In this document: one piece after another, positions 29,301 to 42,488 of the stretch
Layout of the letters: every line of letters begins with the position of its first letter
How positions within the stretch are numbered: the first letter of the stretch is position 1
Assembly: GCA_965285935.1 (NCBI GenBank)
Contig: OZ260664.1
Location: forward strand, 45,694,001 to 45,758,000
From: Ophelia neglecta
Taxonomy: Eukaryota
Reading direction: 5' to 3'
Length of the DNA stretch: 64,000 bases
Made by a program: the position numbers and the translations under genes
Notes under the pieces: generated by a model
Databases searched by the model: none
Seen by the model: the letters and a program-made list of their open reading frames with translations, nothing else
Told to the model about the DNA's origin: nothing

Positions 29301-30389
29301 ATCTAGCATGGTAATCAATAAGGATAAATATGTTCAGGCTTGGCAGCAAATAAAATTAGATGACTAAGTCAGTAAAATTGGGAAATATAGTAGTGAACAA
29401 TATGTTGCTGAAAATATGTCTACACACGTAGACAAAATGCTTAAAAGTAATCAGAATTCTCTGGAAGACTTGGTATTAATTTTCATTTGCTGATATTTTA
29501 TGGAGATTATTGACGAGATCACACTGCTTAAGCACCATATAATCTTTAGTTTAATAACCGTGTCCACATCATTCTGAGCATAACATGACAATCTATTCGA
29601 TGGTTTTGTGAGGTTTATGAAGTAATTAATGAATGGCTTACAAATTTGGCCAGCTTAAACAAAGCAAATACAAATTTGCTTTTACTGGAAGATTTGCATT
29701 TATCAATCCCCACTACTTCAAAATTGCAAAACCTGAGTGTTCTTTTCATATTAGGACATGCCTGATTGGAAACATCTACTAGGATGAGCAATAACACTGC
29801 TCCTGTGGAGAGGGCATTTTTAGCCATCAAATAGTATGGTGAATATATGAGCTGAAAAAAAACAAAACCTGTCAGGAACATGTTTTACAATGGCAGAGTG
29901 TCTTATTCTGTGTCATCCAGATGGAGTTATTCTCTGCCCTGGTGGCCCTCATCCTTCCCATCGGAATGTCCACAAAGGTCCTCCAGGAGTCATTCTTCAG
30001 CTCCTTGATTTTTGCTCCATGTCTCTTGTTTCAGATGGTGTGGCTGTTTGGAAAGCAAGAAGAGCATGTGGCAATAACCACTTCACTACTCACAACCATA
30101 TATTCTTGAAATGGTCCCTGCATGAGAATAATCCTCATGGCACTGTTGTTCTGGTGTTCTTTGAGTGATTTGCACAACATCTACCTCTTATTAAGTTTAA
30201 AAATATTCCAACATTTTCTTGCAGACATTCTTCAATCAGAGTTGCATTTTTTTTCCTGAACAAATTATTTCAAGCAAAATGAAAATGCTACTATTACCTC
30301 CTTTGAATAATGAATTTACTTCGTTGTTTAGCTCATGCTTTGATTAGGTGTATGTAGCTTAACAAAAACACCTTAAAAGATTATTATGG

Positions 30390-30461
30390 TGACACATTAA
30401 CACATTCATTAATGTGTCAGAACCTATTAGTGGACGACAGAGTGATGGTCTGTCCGTCCAC
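30390..30461. other. Two adjacent stem-loops
   Basis: TGACACATTAA-8nt-TTAATGTGTCA is a perfect 11-bp stem (30390-30419). GTGGACGACAGA-7nt-TCTGTCCGTCCAC is a 12-bp stem with one bulge (30430-30461). Confidence 0.6.
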
Positions 30462-33110
30462 ATTGCCGAGTGTCATCCATTTTCTCTACACAGCCTTGGT
30501 ATAAGGCATTATGGCTGGCGGTGATATGAACGCCGAGATCCATGTTGCATGTATCACAAATTATGAGTTATTTACCTCTGGGAGCTGTCTTATGTTATTT
30601 GATTAACAAGCTGTCATTTTCGGTCCACATGACGTAGGGGGACGGAAATGAGGCATGGCACATGTAGGTCTGTTCTGGCTAGGGCACAGTTTGGCAGGCT
30701 CATGAATACAGCTGGATTACCGCTGGTCCCTCTGGTATATCATTTACAGGTACTTCTTGACTTGTTGTTTATAGCCACCTCAAGCAAGTGAACTTTTAGG
30801 TGTATTTGACATATAAGTCACACTCAAATCTTATTTTTGAAACACTGGTGAAAATATTAGACTGAAGAGAGTTAAGTAGCTCAACGCTATTAAACGGATG
30901 TATGTTTGGTCTGTCACAAATAGATTTATCACTCCCCTGGTGTTTCCGGCTATTTCCCATCCAATATTGTCTTTTGCGTATTGTTGCTCCCAGTTTGGAG
31001 TAAAGGATCTTAATGATGATTGGCCCTTATGGAATGAGCCATTTCTGCATGAAAATTGACCAGGATGGATATGTGTTTCCTTTGGAAACAAACATGTCTG
31101 ACATTTACCGGGTGTAAAAAATACCACTGGGTCGCACAACAGTACTAAATTTCTCAAACTTTGCATTATCAATTCCATGCAAGAAAAAAGATTGTCCAAT
31201 ACATGTACAATGTCAAGTGTATATATCTCTGGGGTGACAGTGTGTGTTCAAGCCTAACATTTGATGACCAGTCCGTCACAGTAACTACACCCAGCGTATG
31301 CCAGTTGAGACATTGTCAGTTGGGTTCTTGGTCAAGGGAATCACCTCTTTGCTACACAGTCGTGGTTCCTGCTCCCAAGGGCACCATGGTTTGCTAAGCC
31401 ATCAAATCCACCCTCTGACCGGTTTTCCTGATGAATGCTGAGTTTATTATAATAGCCCAATAAAACTGCTGCATCTAGTGTTACTGTTGCCTGTTAGAAC
31501 AAAGAACTATTTGCCATGGGGTGACATTTTTCTTTTGTTAGTATGACTAGTGCAATGGGAACCTCATCTAGAAGTCCAGAATACTAAAGTAGTGATGTTT
31601 ATTGAACAAACATTTGCATGTATTGATATGCACTGCAAGAAACTAACCACCTTTAGTCCTTTATAGTGCAAGTTTAAATATTGCTGCCTGAAATGTTTCT
31701 AGTTATCAGGTTGAGCTGTTGCTGTGACTACAGTTGACCTTGGAGCAGACAGACAGGTCGTGATAGCCCGACATGAATCTCAGCTAATGATTCATAGATT
31801 CTCTGCAATGGTTTACACCATCATGCACGAGACTGTCATCATTGATCATTTCTGTTACTTTCTGAGAATCCTGTTTAGTCGGCTAGCTGGCTGCATAGCC
31901 CAATGTGTAGCAGCCAAGACCCTAAGACCTGATTCCACATTAGAGTGGGTAGTGATGCTCATATAGTTAGTTTGGTGGCTGGGGTGAAAAAACTCCCTCA
32001 ACCTTCCATTATTGCTGGACAGAAGCTGCAGGGAGGCAAGCCTTCAGGAGGTGATAAGATAATACCAAACAAGATTGGCCAGCTGATACCCTCCATGACT
32101 TCAATCTGAATAAAATCCTCCTGGATACATAGAATAACCATCATGAGACACCCCTTGTGCCCGCCATTTCTCTTAAGTAACTGGGCAAGGCCACAATGAA
32201 GGATGTTCATAAGCTGAATACCATTTAAAATGCAACAAAAAGTCAGATAATTTTTTGTATTTGGAATTTTGTTATGTTAAGTAGTTTTTATTTGATCAGA
32301 ATTTTCAAACTTCTAAGATGTTGTGTGCAAATTAATATTCATCTCTTGGTGAGAAAAGATGGTGTATTCTTTGTCACTGGTTGATTGGCATTGCAAATGA
32401 AGCAAAAGACCCACATGGCTGTAGGAGGATTGGAGCATGTGGGACAAAGTAAGAACCGGAATCCACTTGTTTGAGGACAAATGTGTTTCAACCAACAGAG
32501 TAACTGAAGCTTAATACATGTACCATCATGATCGGAAGCTATCTCCCTAGACTTGGAACCAAAAATGTTGCTGTATAGCTCACTAAGATGTGTCGCGGTG
32601 CTGGCACAAACTTGTTGGTCTTGGTGATTTTCACTGCTAAATATGCCTGATGAATAATCACAAAACTTTCCATTTCATCAGGCATTTGACGTGGAACAAG
32701 AAAGGATTCTGAAGGTGATGACATGCTTAAAGGGTCATGATGTCTCAGCTGATATCATAATTTTGAATGCAAGTTTTTTCCGTTATCCAAATTCTGTGCT
32801 CATCATCAGTCGTAAAATCCATTTTTGGTCAGGGAGCCTTCTTAATTTTCAGTTGATGACCTTGCATGTATAATTGTTTTGTTAGGAGTAAGAGGGCATT
32901 TAAATTTTGCAATTTGCATCCAATTTGCCACATTGTAAAAAAGTCTTGATGAAATGGCTAAAAATCATATTATAACAACATTTGCCTCCATTGGCCACTT
33001 GTCTAGATCTATAGATGTAGGTTTACACTGTGGTTTATTATATTTTCCGGTGTTATTTGGTGCTAGCCTTGTGTCACCCATTATGTGTCATATGATGTCA
33101 CAGTTTAGCC

Positions 33111-33232
33111 AGGTAGGTCGCGACCTACCTTGGGCCTAGGATTGCTGTGGTTGAATCGCAGGTCTTGACCATGTCATGTTCCGGTGGTGTCAGTTCATCA
33201 TGGTCGAGACCGGCATAGCACCCGCATGCGCC
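33111..33232. promoter_or_regulatory. CpG-rich palindrome/hairpin island (putative cis-regulatory or structured RNA element)
   Basis: Perfect 20-bp palindrome AGGTAGGTCGCGACCTACCT (33111-33130). A 13-bp stem GGTCTTGACCATG/CATGGTCGAGACC with one G-U pair (33161-33211). CCGCATGCGC motif. CpG is locally dense. Confidence 0.35.
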
Positions 33233-33959
33233 GCTAGTGGAGCAGGTGTCGTCTGTTAGGCTGGTTGGATATGTACAGAGCTAGTGGGGAGAGCCTCCCT
33301 GCATGATTGATTCCTGGACTGGCCTCACATTGACTGACTTCCATCATGGACACCTACTTCAGCCTGCACAAATATTAACTCTACATGGGAGCATGGCCTT
33401 TATTAATATTTCCCCTAAATGGAGAGATTTGTTCTAGAATGGGCCAGAACCCAGTTTGACATTTGATATCTTCACTTGACCAGTGCCATATTTAGTACAG
33501 CTTTGCCGCCAACCTCAGACATAGGTGTACTAATTTATTTTTTGCCCTGGAATGAAAACATGTCTGAAAAAAGTGCAAAACCACAAATTTTTAATAAAAA
33601 GGACCAAATCAATGTAATTGTGATGTGAAACAGTATATTAAGTACATGTGTACTTGGTTATTTGATTTATGGGCCACTAAGACTTGGGTGCTCTCCTGCC
33701 AAACATTCTGTGGACGTCCTCCGGGATCAGCCATGACATACCAAGTAGGGAACTGAGGGGGATCACTGCCAGGAGGATGATAGCAGACGTCAACAACAGC
33801 CATTATGTCAGCTTTGTAGCTAACTTGCCATTAGCTATAAAAAGTGAGCAGTTGTAACCCTGTCATGTGTGCTATGATTGATAAGTTGCCGCTTCCTATG
33901 GGGGTATTTCTACTACTCGCCCAATTGTTCGGAATCTACTTGTTTTTTTCTGTGACCAG

Positions 33960-34070
33960 CTATCTTGGCATTTACCCAGTTTCTACACAAAGAGCTATAA
34001 AATACTTTATTATGTCAAGTTATTCCAAACTGGACTGATTTTAGTCATTAGCACGATCTCTAGCAGTCAG
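33960..34070 (+). other. Possible 111-nt cassette exon (weak)
   Basis: Acceptor TTGTTTTTTTCTGTGACCAG| and consensus donor CAG|GTAAGT. Length is a multiple of 3 with one open frame (LSWHLPSFYTKSYKILYYVKLFQTGLILVISTISSSQ). No recognisable homology. Confidence 0.2.
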
Positions 34071-36958
34071 GTAAGTTTTAGCTAAATGATTGAAGTGTCC
34101 CCGATGTTGGGAGGTTGTGTAGCATGCATACTCAGGAATCTCCCATCGGCTCAATACATTGTCTGTATTCTAATTCCATGCTGCCTTCAATGTCTCCAAA
34201 CTTCACCTTCAGCTTTACACCTTTTTTTCTCAAATAGATGAGTTTCCAATGTTGAAGGGAATACATAGGCAGTGTGCTTGTTATTCTTTTCCATACTATA
34301 AAAGGTTCAATGTAAGATTTACAGTACTAGTAGATAACTAATTCACAACATAAGTATTATATAAAGTGTAATGTTAGGTAAGCCAGTAGCCTGCTTCATG
34401 ACACAGAACAGCTTCTGTAATAAATACTCATGTAAGATATAATTACCACAGTATCAAGATGATGTACATGTGTACCTGAAGACAAATTTACCTATTTCTT
34501 GCAACAATGAACGTGAATAATAAAGGAAAAAAAAATGTTAGGCTGGCATTAATCAAGATCAAGAGAATGAAGCGAAATAATTGCTGCAAAATTTATGATA
34601 GTATTGAAATGCATATTTAATGTTTGACTGAGTTTCTCTTAATTGGAGCTTTTCAATCAGTACTGTTGAGTGGGGAAGTATTATAGGGGAACAAATGACT
34701 TTCTTGCAGACTACTTGGCAGTGAAGGCAAGATTAGTGAGAGATATGCTAACCTGTCGACCACTAGTTTTTCCTGAGTGGAGCCTGCTGAAAAGAGAGGT
34801 GAATGAGCTGAGATGGTTGCAATTTGTCAGTGGTGGACATTTATGGAGGCCCTGGCAATGAAGTCCATGGCCTGCCTGCGACCCACATGTGGCTCCTTGT
34901 GCCACAGCCTTCAGCCAACGCCACCCACAGCCATCCTCGGCAACCTTTCTCCGACCCAGATAATACTAATCAGCATCACAGATTAGCCTCTTAATGGGCT
35001 TAACCTATTGTTGTTGACAGGAGCATGTCCAAGTACCTATGCTTAGAGCCATGGAGTGCAGGCGTCTACAATCCTTGTAGTGGCTGGTAATGAAATAAGG
35101 CTTGCCACAATCCACCAACTCATAAAGCCAGACACTTTATTGGCCTTGCAGTTGCTTTTATTTTTTCCTCATTTTTGAAACTAATGCAAAGAAAATGTCC
35201 TCTACCTTGTGGGATGCACAGTTTGTTAACAAGCTTCACAGTTATACTCATTGCTATAGGCTGTCCTTGACTATTTCTGTCTGTTATGTGCTAGCAGCTG
35301 CCATTGCTTCATTGTTATGCTCGAAAGCTTTGGCAGATTTCTCCGAGGAGTCCAGATCAACTTCAGTCTGCGGAGGATCCACTGTAAATTACAAGTAATA
35401 TTGGCAGACCCATTTTGCTTTTCTCTTTGCGCAATGATGATTTCCAAGGATATGCTGTACCCGTGAAGGCTGTCAGAGGTGTAGACATTGTGTGTAGATG
35501 TCCTTATTGGTAATGCAGCCAGGACAGGCCTCAGGGGTGTCACATGACGTGACACAACATGCATCCAGACATACAGGTGGATAGTTCTCACAGGCCCTCT
35601 AGACTAATAGACAGACAGAATAGTTGACAAGTATTCTTCATAGGTTCCAAAATACATGATAGATCTTTATTTTATGGCACACTCTCCACTCTGGAAGTGA
35701 AGATATATTTGAAAATGATGTTATGTATCCCAGGTGGAATTACTACAGATTCCAAAACTGTCTGAGGATATTTATGTACATCTACTATAGATGAGCATTG
35801 ATTTGGTGTAATCGATGCTTGTTTAAATCAGGAGAGTATATGAGCAGATGGATGAGTAGCTATGTGTTAAGCTGCAGGACCCTGATATTGTAAACCATAA
35901 AGTGGTGAGGGCCAGGCCAGCCATTTGGCCTGATGCAAAGCAGACAATCCCATTTAATGGCTTCCTGGTGTTTAATGGTGGCACTGTGATTTCCCTAAAA
36001 TTGGACAAATTGAAGTCTGTTTGTAGCCCAATGTAACCACACAATAGAAATGATTGATCCAGAAATTAAGTTTCTTAGAGTAGAAAACCTGTGCTATTAA
36101 ACAAGTGAAGCAAGGCCACGATTCCCCCTTCCCCGCCTTGACAAATGAATGTCTTGGCAGGCCCAGAATAGAAATAAGCTTCCCTTCTACATACAGGTAA
36201 TGCTGATGTGAAATCTGCCATGGAATAATCTATGGAGATCCCTGCACAAAACTCCCATTTCTCTCATACATCTTCATAACAAGTGATGCTGGGTTGAGGA
36301 GATAAGGTTACAATGGCTTTATTCTGATACCAAATAATGACAAATCTGAACTCATCTTCTGAAACTGGAAAACCACCCTTGTGGTGCATGCTCTCCTCAA
36401 TATAGCTCTGTGGCAGGCACACTGAATTATGTCATGTGCATTGAGAAGTTCATGGAGAGATGTAATGGCATTGCTCTTTTATGGTTAGAATGTTCATGTA
36501 CGCTGTTTGTATTCTGATGATGCATTCTGTCCAAAATTACCAGAAAATGTTATAAACTACATAAATAAAACAGGAATGTCTATTTTTTAAAGATTTTTAT
36601 GGGCAGTTAGGAGGAACATGCACTAACTAGGTCAATAATGAAACAAATTTTTATTGTCATAGACTGGACTTAGCTGTATTCCCCTGAGTCTTAATTAACT
36701 CTACTTTACAGGTTAGTAATGAAAATTTGTGAGGTAAATGTAGTCCTATCCTTTGTCCTTCCTCTGCTGTATTCATTAGAGAGTGGATTTGACATTAATC
36801 AGGTGGGGAGAAGTGTGATAAGTGACACATCACGCCCAATTATTGAGCACTCTGGCCATCATTAACCCAGCTAGTGTAGACTTCATCAGACCCTAACTAG
36901 AATGTTAATGTACTACATAGTAGTACTTGTTCCCTTTCACTACTCTCCTCACACTGTA

Positions 36959-37136
36959 TAATGAAACCTGCAAATTAAGACCACCAAAGGGACTGGAGAA
37001 TACTGATCTGATTTTGGAGGTTGTCCGTTTAGACAGGTTATTTTACATTGAAAGTATACAGCAGCGTCCTCATATTGGTGGTCTGAATTAACAGGTAGTC
37101 TGATTATAGAAATTGCCTTTAAGGCTGGTTTCACTG
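36959..37136 (-). mobile_element. Tc1/mariner-superfamily MITE, copy 2 (opposite orientation to 8001-8144)
   Basis: TA|TAATGAAACCTG ... CTGGTTTCACTG|TA. Its reverse complement shares AATAACCTGT.TAAAC.GAC.ACC, CAGTATT..CCAGT.CC and CAGGTTTCA with copy 1. Confidence 0.8.
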
Positions 37137-40100
37137 TATAGATAGATATTCATTTATTTAACCAAATTGGATGTGCACAAGTACAACCATGAATGATGAA
37201 TACAAATACTTTTGTTAAAGTACAAGAAATGATAATAATATTCTATGCAAAAATGTACTTTAATAAGAATTTAACTGATTGCCGCTAAACATCAACACAT
37301 TTGAAATGAATAAAGTTTATAGCTACATGTACCTAATACCTATGGAATATAAGCTAACATAGTCATTAGCCATTCTCAAACTAGAATCAAAATACAGTCA
37401 CTGAAATATACCAGTGTACTCACAGGAACCTGAATTGGTTCCTTGCACAATCAATCATCGATTACATAATGACAAAATTGTTGAATAACATACAAGTAAG
37501 TGTAATAATCCTTGCAATGTGTTTGAAATGAAGCTACTGGAAAATGTTTTGGCTGGCAAACACTGTGTGGTTCATGGTTTTGTCCCCTCAGATTGTTTTT
37601 CCCTGATCTGTTTTGTCTTACAACATCCTCCCCGAGGCTCTAACTCGGGTTTTACAAGCCTTTTATATGCTGTTTGGGCTTCCTTTATACCACGGGGACC
37701 TATAGCCATGTATGGTTGTCACATTGCACTGGAGCACTGCAGGTCTCCATTAGAGAACCAGCAGGAAAGAGGAGGTGAAGAGAAATAAAACAGGAGGCCA
37801 GCGCACAGCTGGAGAACTCTGGAGGATGTGAGCAGACAAAGTCGTTAGCTGGAAATCTCTCCAGACTACTATTGTCACACACCTATTTTAGAGGAAAATT
37901 ACTTTATTGCTGTTTTTTGTGCGACTTATGTATGTTTATACTGTGCTGTATAGTCCATACATGTCCCTCAGCGCACACCCGTGATTATAAGTACAGCTTC
38001 CTTTCTTGATAACAAAGAGTTGGTGTCGAAAATGTAAACTTTCTTGGGGAACTTGGACGGACTGGATATACATTCATATTTGTACAGTATACACACATGC
38101 ATTTACATACATACGTGCACAGGTACAAACTATTGTGCAGTTACACCATGCTTGAACCCGGCCCACATGTAGATCCTGGCATACAGTGTGGTACACTGGT
38201 CAAGCAAGCTGATGCCCTGAGGTCGACAGGTTTATGATTTTATCAGATATTTACACAACAGGCTGCCCATACAAAAAAGGTCACATGACATATGGATCCT
38301 ATATACGCGTACAGGCTGAGACACACACATAGCCAGCCAATCAGTGACATGAAAATTCTATAGGTATATGATAAATGTACATTTTACGGTGAAAGGTTTG
38401 ACATAAAATTCTTCGGAGAAGAGGAAAGAAAACTTATTATGAAAATAGAAGAAAACCACTGGCCTTTGAGCTTTGGTTATATTTTTTCAAACTTCATACA
38501 CCTCTGTGAGGTTAAAGTGATACACAATTGTCCTTGTCTTAGTAAATAATTCTTACTTTGAATTGAAACTTACATGTTTATTTCAGATAGTTAATTAAAG
38601 AGTAGGTGTTAAATTTAAGGCCTAGGTTTAACGTACACCTGGGATGAGTTTCCTTAGCAGGCAGTCACATATATCAATATAATATTGTGATAAGTTGTGG
38701 CCTGGTTCCTGGCCCTGTATTTGCTGGGCAGGTGCTAAAGTCTTAAAGGAACTGAAGAGTTTAGAAACAAAATGGTATACATCAAAGATTCCTCTGCATT
38801 GGGATTTGTGGTAAAGTAATTTGGTCTTAGGGATGTTTTTCTTCAGGAATGGCAGGTACATGAAAAGGGCTGGCCTATCTTGCAGTGCCGAGTATAGTAA
38901 TTTACAGTCCGGTGAGGAGCCCACATATTTACAGCTATGAGCAATTTAGGGCAAGGGATGGTGGAAGAAAGTACCATTCAAAATGAACTAAGAGCTCACT
39001 GGAATGAATGTTTTGCTAACTCTGGGGCTGATTTAAACTCAGATCCATGTATGTGTGTAATGTATTTGTAGTCTTCTATGCTTAGAACCAACTTTTGTAT
39101 AAATGTGTTTCTCTGCAAATGGATATTTTTTACTCCACAGTAGCTGATGAAGGATAAACACATTCTGAGCAAAGTTATTAAATGAAATTTACAGCACTAT
39201 CTTTCCAGCTGATTAGATTAACCATTAGTCTTATGGCGTGCATAGCAATTTGTAGATTGGGATAAAACCTGTAATAATCTTAGAGATTCCTCTGTGATCC
39301 AATCATTGGGACTCATATTTCACTTTAGCGTTTCTCCTGCCTTTCCTACATTAGATTTAATGCACTCACCTCTATCTACAGACATCTGTAATAATAACCT
39401 ACAGCCACTTTGTCTGCTGCTTCATAAATAATACCAACTGAACTGTGACAGAAATCCTTTTTTGCCAGAGATGCATGATAGCATCCGTTGCTCTGGTGTG
39501 GTTCAATTTTTCTCCTGCTATATTTCAGAGCTTGGAGTTTTGTGGCCAAAATGAGCAAATACACCCAGCGTCGGGTTGTATGATAACATGACTAGCCATT
39601 CTGGGTGTCACACAAGTCGTGTAGCTGTTCATAAATCGGGCGCATTTTGGCAACCTTAATTATTAGACTTTGGTATTGGAAGAGATTTGCGGTGCCTAGT
39701 CAGGGTCAGAAGACTTAGATTTAAATGTCCTCTCCTAGTCAAAGCCTGGTAACAAAGAACCAACAGGAAGGCATTCTGTTACCTACAGATAGACCTAAAT
39801 AGATCAGTTTTATCCAATTACATGTGTGAACAAGAGTTAAAATCCACTCCTAGGAGGCTGTGATGTGGCCTCTTTTTGCCTTACTGATAGTTTTAAGTTG
39901 ATTTTGAGAATTATTAGTAGGCTCTAAAGCTCTGTCTGGTGAGGTCAGTAGAGGGGCTAGTAAGATAAATGACTCCTGCAGATACATGACCTCCCAATAC
40001 TCCTCAGGTGTTCAGTTTTAGACACCCATTGATCATTCTATTTAGTTCAGAGCATAAGCACAAGACCATGTATGCTAATGAATGTCAGTATAAAGGTATG

Positions 40101-41044
40101 GGTATATTCTTTGGCAAGTCTTGAAAATTCAATAATTCTGGTTTATAAAAACTGTTTATATTGTTTAGGGTGAGTGTTGTGCCATGGGCCCAGCCAGGCA
40201 TGATGCCAGCCCGCTCCATGGTACCTAAGGTCATGTACCCCGCTCAGCCAGACAATAGCCTCAGCAGGCCAAGTGTCTCCTTTACTCAAACTTATGGCCG
40301 GGGAACGTGCCTATGGTCAATCTGTCAATGTGTTTCATCTACCCAGAGTGTGAATTAGCATCCGAATTCATTCCACTTCATGATCCATGCGCTGTAAAAG
40401 AAAATACTTAACTGGCTGTGTTGATCTAACTGTTTATGAGGTACAGGTACATGTGAGTGAGATGGCTGGTCTTTGGTGATCACTGCAGGCCTTATGCATT
40501 AACTCATCATATCGGCAAATTAGTCCTTCTGATAGTAGTTTTAAAAATGTCATTTATCCCATTATTGCAGTATTTCATCCATTAATTTCATCGTAATGGA
40601 TTAATGGTGAAAAGAGATACTAAGACCGCTAAATGGCTATCATACCTGGCTGGCAAGAGTCAGTGGTAGTAAACTAGTGCAAATTTGATTGATCTGTATT
40701 TGGTATGACGAGGATTTATGTTGCCTCTTGGCCTACAATCTGGAGAGACTACCATTTGCTGGCATACATATAAATGTTATAGCCTCCCACAATTGGCTGC
40801 CAACTCCTCAATCCAGTTCCATCCAGCTGATGAGATGCAAAATACATTATGGTCAGCACTCCCTGGGTGAGCATTACTGCCTTTCATCAGCATGGCAGTT
40901 TTGTGGTCGGTCTCGGTGGTGCTGCTGGGCCATCTGCTGACTTAATTGAGAGCTTTGGAGTTAAAATCTACAGTAAACCCTTGATGTAGGGTCGTTCTTT
41001 AAGTTTTACATTATTGTGCAGACTATCATATTTAAAGTTGGAGT

Positions 41045-41555
41045 TACCAGAACATTACCACAAGAACAATGCCATTAATACCATAATAATACCACCCAGA
41101 CCAGAACAATACCACCAGGACAGTACCACCCATACCAGAACAATACCACCTGAACCAGAACATTACCACCAGAACAGTACCACCCATACCAGAACAATAC
41201 CACCTGAACCAGAACATTACCACCAGAACAATACCACCAGGACAGTACCACCCATACCAGAACAATACCACCTGAACCAGAACATTACCACCAGAATATT
41301 ACTACAATAACAACACTGCCCATACCAGAACAATACCACCTGAACCAGAACATTACCACCAGAACAATACCACCAGAACAGTACCACACAAACCTGAACA
41401 ATACCACCCAGATCAGAACATTATCGCCAGAACAGTACCACCCCTACTAGGACAAAGCTACCAAAACATAAGTTTCTGAAAATTACAACCAGAACAAGAC
41501 CACCAGAATAATACCACAGAACAATGCTACCCAAACCAGAACAATACCACCTGAA
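41045..41555. repeat. Composite minisatellite built from 14- and 20-bp CCAGAACA(A/T/G)TACCA modules (54/68-bp higher-order period)
   Basis: TGAACCAGAACATTACC recurs at 41151, 41205, 41273 and 41341. The array decays at both ends. Confidence 0.92.
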
Positions 41556-42314
41556 CAATATTGTACACCTTCCAAAAACCATGCCCTTGCTTCAAATGCA
41601 CTTAAGAAATACTGATGTATTTTTGAAAAGCAGCCATTTCACAATTAATTTCCATACATGTTTTGTGCTAGTTATCAGCCCAATAAGGTATCTTTGCTAG
41701 TGCTTTAGGGCATCCTTCGTCTGTAATCAGTGTTATTATTCCAGTAAGAACAGACAATTCTGGCAAACAAACCTGTGTGCATGTATACATGTACATGAAT
41801 GTCCTTGAAGGCTCATATATTCATGGATGTGTCAGTATTATCTTTTTTTTTTCTTTTTTTTTTATTGGAAAAGCTCTACTCTGTTTAATTGCTCCCCATC
41901 CAGTAACAATTTAAAATTGTTTTTATTCCATATTTCTATAGAAGCTAATTCCTTGATGGGAAACTTCATGCCAACCAGTGTTGTGTTCTCTCCCTGTCTG
42001 TGCAACTATGAATGTTGCTTTTGCTGAGTAATGGGCAAAATGTAAAACTTGGTTTTTTGCTTTTCTCTTTTTCCATTGTGAGACATATCATGCTGTCTTT
42101 CTCTCTTTAAAAATATCTAGTAAGATATAGCTGTCTGCACAGAAATATGCTCTATGAAGCACCTTGAGTTCTTGAGTCATTAGAGTGTACTAGTCTAAGA
42201 GCAGGAGACACCTGTTATGGTTTGAGTGGAATTAAAACTGCTCTAAAACAATTATGTCTGTCTTCTGGAGGGTATTGAGAATAAGTCAGATACTTAAAGA
42301 GACTATTCCACTTC

Positions 42315-42488
42315 ATGTACATGAACATGTAATGACTATACCATTCTTGTTCATGTAATGACTATACCATTACATGTACTTGTAATGATTTACCGTTACA
42401 TGTACATGTAATGACTATACCATTACATGTACTTGTAATGACTTTACCGTTACATGTACATGTAATGACTATACCAGTACATGTACAT
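42315..42488. repeat. ~27-bp tandem repeat with alternating A/B units, built on TACATGTA
   Basis: TACATGTACTTGTAATGA(C)TTTACCGT alternates with TACATGTACATGTAATGACTATACCA(T/G). Contains TTACATGTACATGTAA palindromes. Confidence 0.9.

Noticed and set aside
28613-29306. Cluster of ~100-120 aa ORFs on both strands
   Set aside because: No recognisable domain or consistent splice structure. Slightly higher GC explains the lower stop density.
34371-34383. TTAG|GTAAGC as a ratchet point
   Set aside because: No pyrimidine tract upstream.
38140-38175. B-box-like GGTTCAA on the minus strand (tRNA or SINE)
   Set aside because: No matching A box, cloverleaf or SINE tail.
41014-41310. 98-aa Pro/Thr/His-rich ORF
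   Set aside because: Produced by the 54-bp higher-order repeat. The frame breaks when a 14-bp module is added, and it starts at TTG.
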